Source: Mytilus edulis
Taxonomy: Eukaryota
Assembly (NCBI RefSeq): GCF_963676685.1
Contig: NC_092354.1
Location: forward strand, 61,566,001 to 61,630,000
Direction: 5' to 3'
Length of the DNA: 64,000 bases
A program made the position numbers and the translations under genes. The notes under the pieces are model-generated. The model did no database searches and had not been told where the DNA came from. It saw only the letters and a list, made by a program, of their open reading frames with translations. Shown piece by piece: positions 23,461 to 37,579 of the stretch (positions are counted from its first letter, which is position 1; every line of letters starts with the position of its first letter).

Positions 23461-23844
23461 AACACGGGTAGAAAGATCGTCATATCGAGGAGCGTTTAGT
23501 ACAGTGATTTTGTCATAGTTTGGATATGTTTGACATGGTTAATTTATGTTACTTTCCTAAACTATTGCCTCAGTTCTATGCACACGAGCAGATGAAAAGC
23601 AAATAAGATGTTTGAATCTTTATTGGAGGTCAAACGATCTACATTGGAATAATTGTTTCACGAAATTAATGTAGAATAAGCAAGATATCGGAATTGCTAT
23701 GGTTTGGTTAAGCGATTGACATGGTTCGGTTAAGAGTCTAGAAATTCGTCAAGGTTTAGGTAAAGTTTGTCATGGTTTAGATCGAAATAAATATGTATGT
23801 GTTTCACTTTAAACTTATTGGTTTTAAAACTATATGTGTAATTA

Positions 23845-24311
23845 CAGTCCTCGGATGGGGTAAACTTCCCACTAACACCATACACCATTACACCATATAC
23901 CATACACCATTACACCATACACCTTGTACCATTACACCATACACGTTACACCTTTGCACCATACACCTTACACATTACACCATACACCATACCCCATTCT
24001 ATCTACACCATCCGAAATTACCCATAATGCAATTAAATTTCAAATATTGAGATTATTTTTATTGTTTATGTTCACAATCCGAAAAATTAAAATAAAAAGA
24101 ACTTCGTTTTCAACCAATGAAATGTTGTACACCGTTCATTCACACCATTCCCGATCGCACGTTACAAAATCACACCATTCCTCATACACCATTACACCAT
24201 TCCCCTTACACCATACACCATAAAACCATACACCTTACACCATTGCAGCATATGCCATACACCATTACACCATACACGTTTTTTTGGGAAGTTTACACCG
24301 TCCAAGAGCTG
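23845..24311 (+). mobile_element. Tc1/mariner-type MITE (TA TSD) with internal (CACCAT/TACAC)n arrays, copy 1
   Basis: TIRs CAGTCCTCGGATGGGGTAAACTTCCCA / TGGGAAGTTTACACCGTCCAAGAGCTG, with TA on both sides. Confidence 0.85.
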
Positions 24312-25290
24312 TACAATAAAAAACACTTTCAAAGTTCGGATTCAAAGTATGAAAGATCACAATTCCGATTGAGTTTTAAGTCGACATGACGTTCAAGTTT
24401 ATCAATTATTATTACGAATCAATAAAAATCTTTGTAATCAGTGCATGTAATGTGCGAATCCTGAAATACCATTTTCAGAGTTTCAGTGATGAATTTCTTA
24501 TGTAGAATGATAAATAAACAGACGACAAATTTACGATTTTTTAATAAAATAAGACATAATATACAATATGTACTGTTTTTATAAATTCATGATAAATGTA
24601 TTTGATGCGGACCCTACAGCCATACAGGTGTAAAATTAATACACATATAGATAGATATTAAGAATAGTTAACGAACAGAGCGTACAAAAGTTTTTAAAGT
24701 AGCAGTCAAGTTTCATTTGTAGAAAAATGCACCTTTTAACATGATTAGTAATGTAGTATAACTTAAAACTGGGTTTGTTGTTCCGCTTGTTGATATTAAA
24801 TCATTTCCACTTTGTTGTTTGTGTGATGAGAATCATGTTTACTGTTCAATAATGATATCAAAATTTCATTTTCACTGTAGAGCGATTCATTACTGTTGTA
24901 TATGCGATGCATTTTCACAGAAGGATTTTAATTAATTTTCATCATATAAAGTCGTAATTTAGCCGGCTCTCTAACATGATTTATGAAGTCAGAAGGATTG
25001 ATTATATAAGCACACTTTGTGAGTGAAAGTCTGGGGTAATATATCAATAAATGCAGTAAAAATGGCATTTATTGCTAATTTTTGAAGACCGTACGATTAC
25101 CTATAGTTGTTAATTTCTGTCTCAATTTGGTCTCTTGTGGAGAGTTGTCTTATTGACAATCGTACCACATCTTCTTTTTTATATTGTCAATTCTATATTC
25201 TCTGATAATTTGTTCAGACCCATATGTAAGATTAAAAATATCTTTTCCTATAACACGCCATCATTGTTTACATATATCTTGAAAAGCTAA

Positions 25291-25625
25291 AGTAGCAACC
25301 ATTTGATTTTCTGATGGGAGGAGGGGGGCTTTGGATTTTTTTTACATTGAGCCAAAGTAACTTGTAATTTTTTTTCCATGCAAAATAACCTGTAATTTTT
25401 TCTAGGCAAAGTTACTTGTAATTTTTACCAGGGCCAATCAAAACATTTGTGATCCGAACCTACTAGGAGGGTTTGGATCCTCCCCACCACCCCCCACCCC
25501 CCCACCTTTTTCTTCAATAACACATTAACATAGTTATTTTTCCAAAAAGAAATCTGTTCTTATATAAACAAATGTGCCATTTCAAGTAACTCAATCCCCC
25601 CACCGAAAATCAAATGATTGCTACT
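25291..25625. mobile_element. MITE with about 21-bp TIRs
   Basis: AGTAGCAACCATTTGATTTTC / GAAAATCAAATGATTGCTACT with G- and C-rich subtermini. Confidence 0.7.
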
Positions 25626-28600
25626 GGAAAAGCAGTTTACGATTTCGTTCTAAGTATACAGTACATACTTAAGACTTGCTTGCTTGGATTGTATTCATGT
25701 TTGCCTAGGCATTGTAATTGAGATAGAGCACACATTTATACTAAAAAAGCAAACAAGCCATCCAAACCGTTTAACTACAAGCATTATGCAAATAGCTCTA
25801 ATGGATGCATCTATGCAAATCAAAGAGAAGTCACATAAAGATCTTCATTTCACGATTGATGAGTGGTAACGTTTTCGTTTCGAACAAACAATTGCTTTAC
25901 ATTTGACGTCTGGATGGCTGCATAATTACTTTTTGTAATGCCATTTTATATACATCTTATACAGTTAAGAAAGTTCGAACAATAATCAAGTCACCTTGAT
26001 ATATGTTTGAATTTCCCATAACTATGTTCTTGATGTTTTACTTACGAACGGTACAAAACTATGACGGGAAAAAAAACCCAATGAAATTAAGTACAGAAAA
26101 AATATCGATGAACAGTATACAATGTCCGAAATCAACCACAAGTTGGATATACCCGTGTATATTCAACGCAACTATAGTTAAAATGAATAGCATCCAGTCA
26201 ACGATATTATGGATTCAGCTGCTTTAATTATTCTTTTTTGGACTTTAATCTTGTGATTATACATTAGAAAGTTATATTCTTATTAAATTATGTTAAAACA
26301 TACATTAAAATAAATTATTTCGTACTTTCAAAAAGTAAACAAACGCAGTTTTTCTCATCATCCTTTATTCTACAATAGACATACTCGCATATAACAGTGA
26401 AAATGAACAATCTGGATTCGCACTATACAATGGCATTTATATTGTATAAATGCATCGTGCATAGTAGTATCACTTAATTCTTTCAAATATTTTACTTTTT
26501 ATGTAATGATTTAGTATGGTATGTCCTAGAATTGAAAAATATGTTTAAATTGTACAGCTCACAATATTGGCAGCAGAAATCCATCCGAAAATTTAAAAGG
26601 AAGCTATCTTGGAATCATGATTTTTTTATAATTTGTTATCGGTTTGAAACTAGGTCCCATTAAATCAACTTGATTTTATTTTTTAAAGCCGATCTGGTAA
26701 ATCTCACATGTCTGCCATATGGTTAAAACGACGAAGAGGTTCGGGAGCCCGCAAACATGTTTAACTCAGCAATATGTTGTAAATACTGTCTCAAGTTACG
26801 TTTCTGTTATGCCGTGAATATCGTTTGTAACTGTATATCATATTTTGCTATTTATTTTGAACAGAATTTAGGCTGGTGGTTTTCTTATTGGAATTCCTAC
26901 ATATTGAATTTGTCGTAGCCTTTTATAACTTGCAAAGAAGTATGGTTTTGCTCATTGTTGAATGTTGAAGGCCTCTTGATGAAATATGGTTACTAATATC
27001 TACGTCATTTGATCTTAGGTGGATCATATTGCATCTACTTAGAACATATTACTACATTGTATGTGCGGTCTTATGCCCTTTTGTGTTTCAAATGAAACAC
27101 TTGTTGTTAATTTTGATAGCAACTCGTCATTATACACGACAAGAATTACATGACTGAACCATGTACAACATGAACTAAACCATGACACGAATGAACCAAA
27201 CCATGACACAGATATTTCAGTAATTTTTAATTGACTGCAAAAGTAGGTATTTTTCAGAATAATTGACGGCAATATTATATCACGAAGAAATATGTGATGT
27301 AACAGACAGAAAGATAAACAATTTTTTTATGCACGTTAAACCAAATAGCAACTTTTAAATTTTGACATACGCAAGCTTTGTTCTGTGTTAAATCATTAAC
27401 TATATGATACAATTTGTGATGTACTAACATATTAACTCTATACAAAGGTACTTACCAGCTTGAATTATTGATCAGAAGTTCCTTTTACAAAATATCCGAA
27501 TGTTTACATTTTTACATTGATTGTCATCAAAAACACTTATCACAGTCATGTCAAACTTATCCAAACTATGACAAAATCACTATACTAAACGCTCCTTGAT
27601 ATGACGACCTTACTACCCGTGTTTAATTATTCTTAAAATCAAATAAATCGGAAATAGATTTTAATATGCAGTTGAAGATTCTATACTATTTTCTTTGTGC
27701 CTTTTATAACAACAAAAACAAATACCCTTTCACAAAATTTTGAATTACGAAAATTTATGATTCTACTATTTGATGCGTCAGTATTAAAAAAAAACACATT
27801 GTTTATGTATACGGAAAATGTATACGGAAATGTAACAAACAGTAAAGTCGCGTTGAAAAAAACGTGTACACAAAGTAAGTACCGCGTTATTTGTTGTGTC
27901 TTTTCACATGAAATGCTTGGTCTCCACACAACTGGTTCAATGGACATACATGTCTCATAGTGTTTAGAATAAGGAACTTAGTATACATTTTAAAAGTTGA
28001 TTCTTGTCCGACTGCAATCGTTTTTTAGTAAATGATTTTCAAATGATATACTGTGAATGAAATTGAAGGTTTCATAGATATGGACTTTTACAATTGTGTT
28101 GGATATAATTTGACTACAACAGGTATTTTTCCTCGATTTTTTTTTCCTGAAACGAAGGAAAATTTATTTTTTCGAAAATCTTCACATTAGCATTTGCAAC
28201 AAAACAGTATGTTGTAAATTATCTTTCAAACGATGATTTCAGTAAATGTAGACATCCGTGTGCGCAAACTGGTTTCACTGGTCCACTTGCGATCAACATG
28301 ACTTAATGAATGGATATTATACTTCTGTGGTCGGGTCATTTCAAACAGTCTGAATTGAAAGTAATTTTGAAATTAACCAATAAAAAAATGAGAAACCATT
28401 TGTCAAGAATGAGATATATTTGACAAGTGTTCAGATGACTAATGTAATATAACTTACGGAGGAAATAGAAGTCACAGAGGATTTACGAAAATGTATCAAA
28501 TTACATGTACTTAAAGAAGAAAGCTTTTTTTGACGGAAGGATGTTAACCAATTGAACTTTACAAAAGCATCAGTATCTTTACATAATAAACCAAAGTCAT

Positions 28601-31149
28601 TTTGAATGAAGATTGATTAAAATATACGACAAAAAGTCGTTCTATTCTACTGTTTTCTTTGTTAACAGTCTTCAAATCTCGTATATGAAATACTTTTTCC
28701 TCTTTTTTCTAACCTATTCATTTTTATTGTTTTTTCTTTATATTGATGGGGTTTGTCTAATGACATTTTTTGGTCATATTTTTCTATTTTAGATGAAGAA
28801 AAGCAAACAAAAAGACCACTTGAATTACATGGATATTCTTTTGGACGAGAAAATTTCGAGCAGGCAAGTTATTTATCCATATTTAAACCTGCAAGACATA
28901 TTTGAGTAGACATTTGCAAAAGAAACTTAAAATAAGATAGCAATTATAGAACATGTACATGTTAGTAATGTATCAGAACGTTTAAACAATTCTGTTATTC
29001 AAAAAATGCAAGACAAGGCAATATTTTACAATTTTATTTGTTTATGTAATCAAACAAATAAAAGTGATATGCTCTCATCACGTGTTCGACCATTCTAAGT
29101 TTATTTAGAATATCAACTAGAATATTTTGACATTTAGTTTTAAATATAATGCAAAATACAGACAAAACCGAATACGAACAATAGGTACCAGCATCTACAC
29201 CAGATGATACAGGCTCCTCTTTTTGTGCATTTATTTAATAAACTTTTTCGAACATGCGGAAAGAGTCTGGTAGTACACTGGTCAGATAAACTTCACACAA
29301 ATGGGCAAAATGGTTTTGTTATTTTTTTACCCTTGTGTTAGTTTTTGCTTGATGTTTGCCTGATCGAGAGGATGTGCGATTTGTGCTTTCGGCGACAAGG
29401 GTTTTTTCACGGCGTCATTGTCAAATTTTCACTATCTACAACTTTTGTGTTGGCGTCTTTGTTGAAGATTTATTTGACGTATGTTTGCTTGTTTGATCTA
29501 TTAGTAGTAGTAGTGTTGTATGTCACTCTGTAATTTATGTTTACACCGTTTTGGCAGCTGGAATTCATTATTTTCACATTGACCTTTTATGTCTGTTGGG
29601 TTGCTCACAAACTTTTGTCAATTAAACGGAATGTCGTACATGTTGGAGGTTTAGCTAGCTACACAACCAGGGTTAATCCACCTTTGCTTCGTAAAATGCT
29701 CATCCCAAGCCAAGGTTATGGCATACATTTTTCACTTGTTTCGTTGATTGATATCGTGTCCGTTTATCAGTTTTATGGACTCCCCTATTTTAATTCGCCT
29801 TGGAATTGATTTTTATTCAACTTTTACACAACGTGATTTACGCCAAATACTTTGTTTGCTGAGAAAAATGTTAAAAACGACAAAAAATATATCCAAATTA
29901 TTATCTGATGCTTTAATTGGTGCTGGTTTGATTGTTCAACTAGAACTTATCCAATGTGTCATATTATACAAGGCTGATGGAAGCTATGCAAATAGTGCTT
30001 AACAAATAAAAAGATATCCCTTAACACGATTGTCACTAAATATGTGAGTATTTCTATGACGTCAACGGCCGGATTTTGTGTGTTCTATGTTTCAATCGAA
30101 CTCTAGAGTATTATTAGAAAACGGGCCGTGCATGCATCCATAGTTTATACTTCCGTTTTGTATGACGTACTAACCAACTATGTGATTTAAATTACCTTTG
30201 AAATGATGCTGATCATGTGTGGAACATTTTAAAAGCAAGCAAACGCAGTCGCGATTCTTAGATAAAGTTACATGGTTACAAAAATGTGCAAATCCTAACC
30301 ATATTGCATTAGAAATGTTTGCTTTATTGATTGCATTTAAATTGGAGTCCTTCCATGTTGAACTCCTTGAAGAATTATTAACAAAAAAAGCAAATCCAGA
30401 TATTTGAGGTGTAGATGAATCAAATTGTTTTCATTTAGTCATGTTAGACGTTCACATAAACTTAACGAATTTACATATGACAAAAATATTATCATATTAA
30501 GTGCTAGTTAAGTATGGTACTAATAATGAAGTTTTTACCCGTTAAACTACTAGTCACCGTGCAAAAAAACTCAGAAGAATGCATCAAATCGCGATAATAC
30601 CTAGCAGAGAAATGGTTGATTGATATACAGAATGGCTGTATATCCAAAAAGGAGCCTTAGAAAACAGTTGATACGCGTACAAATCATTTTTGTGAGGTAA
30701 ACAGATATAATGAAAATGCAAAACTTTTCTTTCTTTTGCAATATCATTTAACCATCACTAATCGGTCTCTTGTTCGAGTGTTAAGCAGACCCGTATGTCT
30801 TGAAATGGGAGAACCATGAAAGAAAAAGTTTCTGTGAGACAATCAAAACATGCCAATGTCATAAAGACAATTTTGAAGTTAACTATACTAATGCCATTTG
30901 TTCAAAAGCTATTTCATAAGCACATTCATTTCAAATCAGAATAGCAGATTATTACGTGTCTCAGCTAGTTGGCCTAATTTTAAGGGATGTCCATACTACA
31001 GACGTTACAGACAAAAAAAAACAACCTACAAATGCAAAAACAAGGTATCAATGTCATTTTCAGCTTAATTGAATTTAATAGAAGACCTTAGTAAATCAAA
31101 AATAGATATGACCGAGAAATGCTCCAATACTTGTTTACCTTGATGGTAA

Positions 31150-31682
31150 GGACAAGATATAGTACTACAGTCGTGGAAGGCCTTAAAAAAAGACTACAAA
31201 GCTTCTAAAATGGAACAATGTAAACCGTGCTAATGGAATCGGGGCATTGCAATCTGTACACGTTTACAGCCGGTACAAACTTGTTGAAAGGTGAAAAATT
31301 AACCTGCAGCAGATGTTTCAAGCATTGTAGCCGGGACAGACGTTAGCATAGGTGTGTGTAATGTGAAGTTCTGTTTCAAGATTAGAAAAATGACATTTAT
31401 AATACATGCTTTGGTTACCAATCTATTTATTGACGGGATACCATTTTTGGATATGATGGGAAACGTATCACATGACTCCAAAACAGTTTATATCGGGAAA
31501 GGATCCAATACTAAAGCGAGACCTATCGTTTAGCGTTTTATGGAAACTGGGAATATTAGAATATCACCAGAAACAAAAACATTTTATAAAGAAAATGCTA
31601 AAAGGGACAACGCTTTCCTGGCAAATGCCTTAGTTGAAGCACAAGATCACGTTCCGATTAGATTACTTAATGTGCCAATCAC
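31150..31682 (+). pseudogene. Ty3/Gypsy protease-region remnant (5' part of the element split by the BEL insertion)
   Basis: Degenerate protease-like segment and the post-protease motif FLANALVEAQDHVPIRLLN, ending exactly at the TGT start of the BEL LTR. Confidence 0.5.
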
Positions 31683-34600
31683 TGTAACGATTTGTTTCGA
31701 TTGGACGATATATCTTTTTTCTGTCAGAATTAACTTAATATGTTCAGCATCGAATTTGCGTTTTCTTCCCATTACCGACATCCCCCATATAGGTTATAAG
31801 AGCGCAATTATTTGTTTACATATTACCGGCAAGTTTTTTTTATTCCAAAGATGGTACTCAAAATAGACTCTTGTACGGCTTCTGATTGGATGATACAGGA
31901 TAGGGATAACTTTTATCAAATTTTACATAAAATAGAAAACATCTTCCATTTCTGATGTTGTAGCTGTTTACAATATGCATTTTTCTTTAACCAAAAACAA
32001 AGCAGATGTTCTTCAACTGCATTTTGAGTCAGCCTGACCATATATATTTCTTTGGTTGTTATGCAACACTGGCATTTCCATTAACAGGAACTACTCCCTT
32101 TTTTCAGAGAAGTTTGCTGATGCTATTATAAATGAAATCAAGGGGCTGAAACCAATGATTGATGGTAAATATATGAGTGTCATAACCACAGTTGATGATG
32201 TGACGCGATTTTTGCTCGATCGTAAAAGAATGAACATGGAACTTGAAATGAACCCAGCTAGGATGATCAGTTCAATCGAGAGACTGTTATCCCAATTAGA
32301 GAAAAGGGAATATGCTCTTCGTAAGCAAAAGATTGGGTCATATACATTTCTGGTATAACAACATTTTCTTATAGAGGAAATTTGTTCAGTCTGACATACG
32401 AAACAGTTATTCTTTTCGATCAATGCTTATATCAAACAATACAACTTTAAAGGAAGATCAAGGAAATATAATATCTCTAAGAACAAGACAAGCAAAACTA
32501 ATTATGTTAAAGTAAGTTATTGAAGGATAAACATTACTATCTAAGGCGATGTCACACGGTTACAACCTTAACAAATATTGACTATACAATGATGTTGGAA
32601 TGAAGCCAAATATATATGAGAATTAACCGAAAGTTTCGTTGGTATCATGACACTGATATCCTATATATTGGTAGATTTACGGCCTTTAGTTGATTGGGTG
32701 GACACACTAAAGTAGATTTGGTTCGCAGACAAGGAGGTTGCTTTAGATGTCCCAAGGTTGGTCACATATCAAGATACTGTTCGAATTGGCAACCATGCAT
32801 GCGATATCATTGATAACGAATCAGCAAAGGGGTGGGACAAATGTATCAAGCTTTTGGAATTCAAATATTTCCCTTTTAAAACACAACTTTGCAAGAAGGT
32901 TAAATCTTACGGTTAAATATGTTACCTTATATGTGACTAAGGTTGGTAACACTACAGAATATGTGTATAGTAAGGTATACGCGTTACTAGGGTAAATATT
33001 CGTAGAATTGCAAAACTATTCAATAGCGTGAAAGATATTAATGTTATTCGATCAGCGAAAAAATCGATATTTTGATAGGTAGTGATTGCTGTGTCCTTCT
33101 GCAAACAGATGTACAATTAAAGAAAAAAACAATTTAGTTACTGTTTGAGAGGAAGTCATTCTCTTCTTCAAGTGTCATCTGTGACTCATCATGACGTACG
33201 TATTCATCATGTAAATGAACAACATTATGACACTGGTAGCATACTTTTTGTAAACTATAATGGACTACAGGAAAGCTTGAATTATGTTTTCGACATTTAA
33301 AGCTTAGGAACCCACTGCAAACCAAAGTGTGGAAGCTGTCAGTGTGGCAAATGTCCGATCGGAAATGGTTATATACTATATATAGCTGACAAACCGGAAC
33401 TGAACATGATAAAAAAGTGGCTTTATTATGACGAGGATGGGAAATGCATAAGAGAATCAATGCCTGACAATGTTGGAGCAGCAATACATCGCCTCCAGTC
33501 AACAGATTTACGATTACTACAACAAGCAGGTGCAAACTATGCCAATGCATACCACGATCAAATTGTAGATATGGTTAACAGGAGCTTTGCTAGAAAACAT
33601 TTAGATACCAAGGTCAGGAATTATGAGGGACCAATACATTATCTGCCACATTATGAGGCAATACAACCTAACCTGTTTTCAATTCCTCCGCCATGTACAT
33701 GGGACATGTGATACATGATTATTAGGCAAAGGGACAGAAAGTATTGAATGACCTGTTAGTGGTGATGCTAAGATTTCAACAAAACAGAATGGAATATCAG
33801 CGAACAATCAAAGATGTACAATGCCATACAACTCTCATTTTTTTACCAACACACATACACATATCGGTTTGTGTGGAGAGATTTTCAGGCAAGTAGAAAA
33901 CCGGATCATTATGTGTTGAAGTCAGTAACGTTTGGGGACAGACCAAGTGGCACTATTGCGACAATTGCATTAGGGATGGCTGCGGAGAGATAATATATAT
34001 CCAGAGGAAGCTGAAATAATTCATAGAAACAGTTATGTTGATAATATTATTTGGTCTGTCGATAACGATGACGAAGCAAGAAAGGTTTTGGAAGATACTG
34101 AAAGAATGAATTTGCCGTTAAGCACTTTATATTGGGAATCAGTCAGATCAATGGAGTGGATTACATATTTGAAATGAACCAACAGAATAGGTTTAAGGAA
34201 TAAGTTTGCAGCCGAGGGACGACATGTTTATCTCTCAAGCACAAATTAATGTTTCAAGTGTTGAGGTATGCATACAGACAAGGATTAACAACAAACTCAA
34301 ACTGATGACATACCGTTAATGCTCATTAGAAAAATGGTTTAAGTCAAGTGGCGATCATTTATGATCCTTAAGAATTGGCTACTTATTTTGTATTAACCTC
34401 AAAATACTTTTAATATCAATTTGCCAAGGAAATGAGGGATTAGATGATCTAATGACAGAGAAAAGCAGCAATAAGACAAAGGTGGATTGAATTCTCCAAG
34501 GGTATTTGAACTAGAATCAAGACAGTTTCCTACCTGTATTAAGCCAGCGCCTGTACTCATTGACCCAGTATGATTAATATTTTCACACGGAGGCAGTGTA

Positions 34601-37105
34601 GCATACGGAGCTTGTGTTGAAAAACAGGTCCAGAAACATATGAAGAAAATCTGAATATAGCAAAAAATAGGAGAGCATCTACCAAGCAATTGTCCAATCC
34701 GCGATAAGAGATGTGTCGGGCAATCATAATGAAGATTGTGGAGGAGATGGACTTTCATGAATTTATTAGAATAATTCACATTGTAGATTAAACAATAGTA
34801 AGCTCTCAGATTCAAAGGGAAAGATTTGGGTTTGGAACAGTTGTGGCAGCCAGAACAACGAACAAAGTAAAACAGAATCATCGGATAGGTGGTGGGTACA
34901 GGGGAACATTATCCTGTTGATAGGACTACAAGAGCATTCGAATTGGAATCTGTATGGCAAAGGAACTCAGATTTTTTTCATGCTTGCAGATTGAACGATG
35001 ACTAATTAGGCAAGATTATGCAGATTCAAATCAATCACCAGCTGTAGTTGAAATGACAATGTCATTTGAGCATGCAGGATAGCGATTTTGTCCCGGAGTT
35101 AACAAATATTGATCGGAATCGATTTTCCAAAGAAAGAAAAATGTTGCGTTTAACAAGTTTTATTCTGGAAGTACCTAAAAAAAGACAAAGTTCAAAGGTG
35201 CAGCAAACAATATTACAGCAGAAAATTTACAATTAGCAGAAACATTCTGGATAAAAAATATTCAGCAAAAATCTACCGAAGGATTCTGCAGTGAGATTTA
35301 GAAGGTAAGGTGTAGAAAAAAACAAGATGGTATAATAACAGTAGGGCAAATAATGCAAGAGTGGATGCAACTTACTTGGATTCATACTTGATTTATTTTT
35401 TTGCCAGCTAAAGGTCTGTTTTTAAAATTGATTGTTGTTTTTTTACATACAGAAGATCATACAGGAGAAGATGCGGTATTATCCAATTAAAGGAGCAGGT
35501 ACTGGATCCCTGAACGTCGAATAGAACGACACACATGTCAATGTTGCCTAATGAAAGACTGTAACCTACACCAGCGTTTTACAATTGTTCTAATGATTTA
35601 TCTTGGCCGTTTATAATTCGAGATACTGTGCAGAAACGAACAAATGGTCAAGCTCATGGAGTCCTTTTCAACTGTCTGACCAGCAGAACAGTATATGTTT
35701 ACTTTGCAGAGGGTTATGATGTTCGCCAATGGGACTGGGAACCAATTCAGACATGTGTTAAAGGTAAAGGAATAGACTGGCCTGGGTCGTAACGGCATCC
35801 ACAGTAGTGAATCATTGGTAAAATATGTAAAAAGGAATTTGGAAGTTGTTATATGGAAATCCGTTATGACATTCTCAGAGCTACAGATTTTAATGCCCCA
35901 CCTACGATAGTAGAGGGGCATTATGTTTTCCGGTCTGTGACTCCGTTCGTCTGTGCGTCCATTCGTCCATTCGTCCGTCTGTGTGTCCGTCCGTTCAGGA
36001 TAAAGTTTTTGGTCAAGGTAGTTTTTGATGAAGCTGAAGTCCAATCAACTTGGAACTTAGTAGACTTGTTGCTTATGATATGATCTTTCTAATTTAAAAG
36101 CCAAATTAGACTTTTGACCCCAATTTTACGGTTCACTGAACATAGAAAATGAAAGTGGGAGTTTCAGGTTAAAGTTTTTGGTCAAGGTAGTTTTTGGTGA
36201 AGCTGAAGTCCAATCAACTTGAAACTTAGTAAACTTGTTGCTTATGATATAATCTTTTTAATTTTGAAGCTTAATTAGACTTTTGACCCCAATTTCACGG
36301 TCCACTAAACATAGAAAATGAAAGTGGGAGTTTCAGGTTAAAGTTTTTGGTCAAGGTAGTTTTTGATAAAATTGAAGTCCAGTCAACTTGAAACTTAGTA
36401 CATATGTTCCCTATAGTATAATCTTTCTAATTTTAATACCAAATTAGATAATTACCCAATTTCACGGTCCATGGAACATGGAAAAGGATAGTGCGAGTGG
36501 GTCAACTGTGTACTTTGGACACATTCTTGTTTTTTTAAGATTCTAGTTTGTTCAACGAAAGGCAGATTTGTACGAAATATTCCGATCCAAATGAAGGATT
36601 CTCATGTGTCCAAATGATTTTTTATTAAGTAAAGCAATCATCAGTGTTGTGATACCGGGAACATTATGGAGAACAATTATTGTAGAATATGATCGACATT
36701 CGTACAGTAATTAGTCCTAAAATTTGGACACGAGACTTTTCCCCGACGCTAACTGTTCGTCAAAAATGGCACACGAAAACAATGAATGTAAAAGTAGGGA
36801 TCGTACAAGATATCAATAATGTTTGTGAACGTTGGAGAAAAGCGAAGATGATTAAAGCGAAGATTGAAAGAGATGGGCTTGTGCAAGATGTGATTCACAA
36901 GTACAAGAATGTTGGTCAAAGAATCTCAACACATTCGTCATTCCGTTTACAGGCTTGTTGTCAAATAACCAGTTGAGGAGCACGTACAGGAATGACTAGT
37001 TGCGTAAATTGCATCGGACGATTTCTCTCTTTTCTGTCAGAATTAATTTAGCATGTTCAGCATCGACTTTGCGTTTCTCTCCCAATAAATGACAATCCCT
37101 ATAAA
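31683..37105 (+). mobile_element. Decayed BEL/Pao LTR retrotransposon
   Basis: Direct LTR remnants at about 31700-31790 and 37015-37102 (ggacgat..ttttctgtcagaattaa..tgttcagcatcga..ttgcgttt). Internal motifs PKCGSCQCGKCPIG, IHYLPH, RFVWRD, VTFGDRPSGTIATIAL, NSYVDNII, IYDP, AYGAC, QKWH and GLVQDV. Many stops. Confidence 0.85.
35892..36529 (+). mobile_element. HINE-like non-autonomous Helentron element with three 169-bp tandem repeats, inserted in the BEL integrase region
   Basis: 5' hairpin AATGCCCC...GGGGCATT, (GTCC/GTCT)n microsatellite, repeat starts at 35994, 36163 and 36332, and an end at CATTCTTG in a T run. Confidence 0.8.
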
Positions 37106-37261
37106 TCGGAGACAAGGCTATATAATACTAGTATTGACTTATAACTTATGTGTTTGATGAGATGTAAATGCGTAAATGGACTTTTAAATATATTAAGACA
37201 TGAACATTTAGAACAGCAAATTTATAGTTTTTATGAAGATAGTACAATGACACTAACAGAT

Positions 37262-37470
37262 TGATTGTTTGTTGGTGTTATAACGCCACTTTTAAGCGCC
37301 ACATTTGGGCTATTTCGGTCAGTTTTTATTGGTGGGGGAAGAAGACAGAGTGCCCGGCGAAAACCACCGACCTTCGATAGGGAAACTGACAACCCCAGTC
37401 AATTAAGATTCGAGTTGAGTGCACCCACACGTGCGAGGTTTGAACTCACAACCTCAGTGTTGACTGACAC
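37262..37470 (-). mobile_element. tRNA-derived SINE-like repeat (family copy also at 61258-61495, + strand)
   Basis: B-box-like GTTCAAACC on the minus strand. The body and tail are shared with 61258-61495, which has A box TGGCCGAGTGG and a degenerate B box. Confidence 0.6.
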
Positions 37471-37579
37471 CAAACAGAAGATTTAATTTTCTTATCAGAA
37501 CAATGTTTGGTCAAATGTAACGAAGCACATCGAACGAATGGACAACAAGTTCCATATTCCTGAATTGGTACAAAGCGAT

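Larger units (their letters stand above)
23463..27621. mobile_element. 4.16-kb non-autonomous DNA transposon with about 80-bp TIRs, CAC...GTG termini and a 5-bp TSD (Transib-like, inferred)
   Basis: The left end CACGGGTAGAAAGATCGTCATATCGAGGAGCGTTTAGTACAGTGATTTTGTCATAGTTTGGATA... is the reverse complement of 27545-27621. TTTAA occurs at 23458-23462 and 27622-27626. Subterminal CATGGTT(T)/AACCATG motifs are mirrored. Confidence 0.8.

Noticed and set aside
23793-24389. His/Thr/Pro/Tyr-rich ORFs (also 42448-42919) resembling metal-binding or byssal proteins
   Set aside because: They are translations of the (CACCAT/TACAC)n arrays inside a TIR/TA-bounded MITE and are open in several frames.
28793-28863. 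Isolated candidate exon (TTTTAG|...|GCAAGT)
   Set aside because: No partner exons or recognisable protein motif were found, so there is insufficient support.
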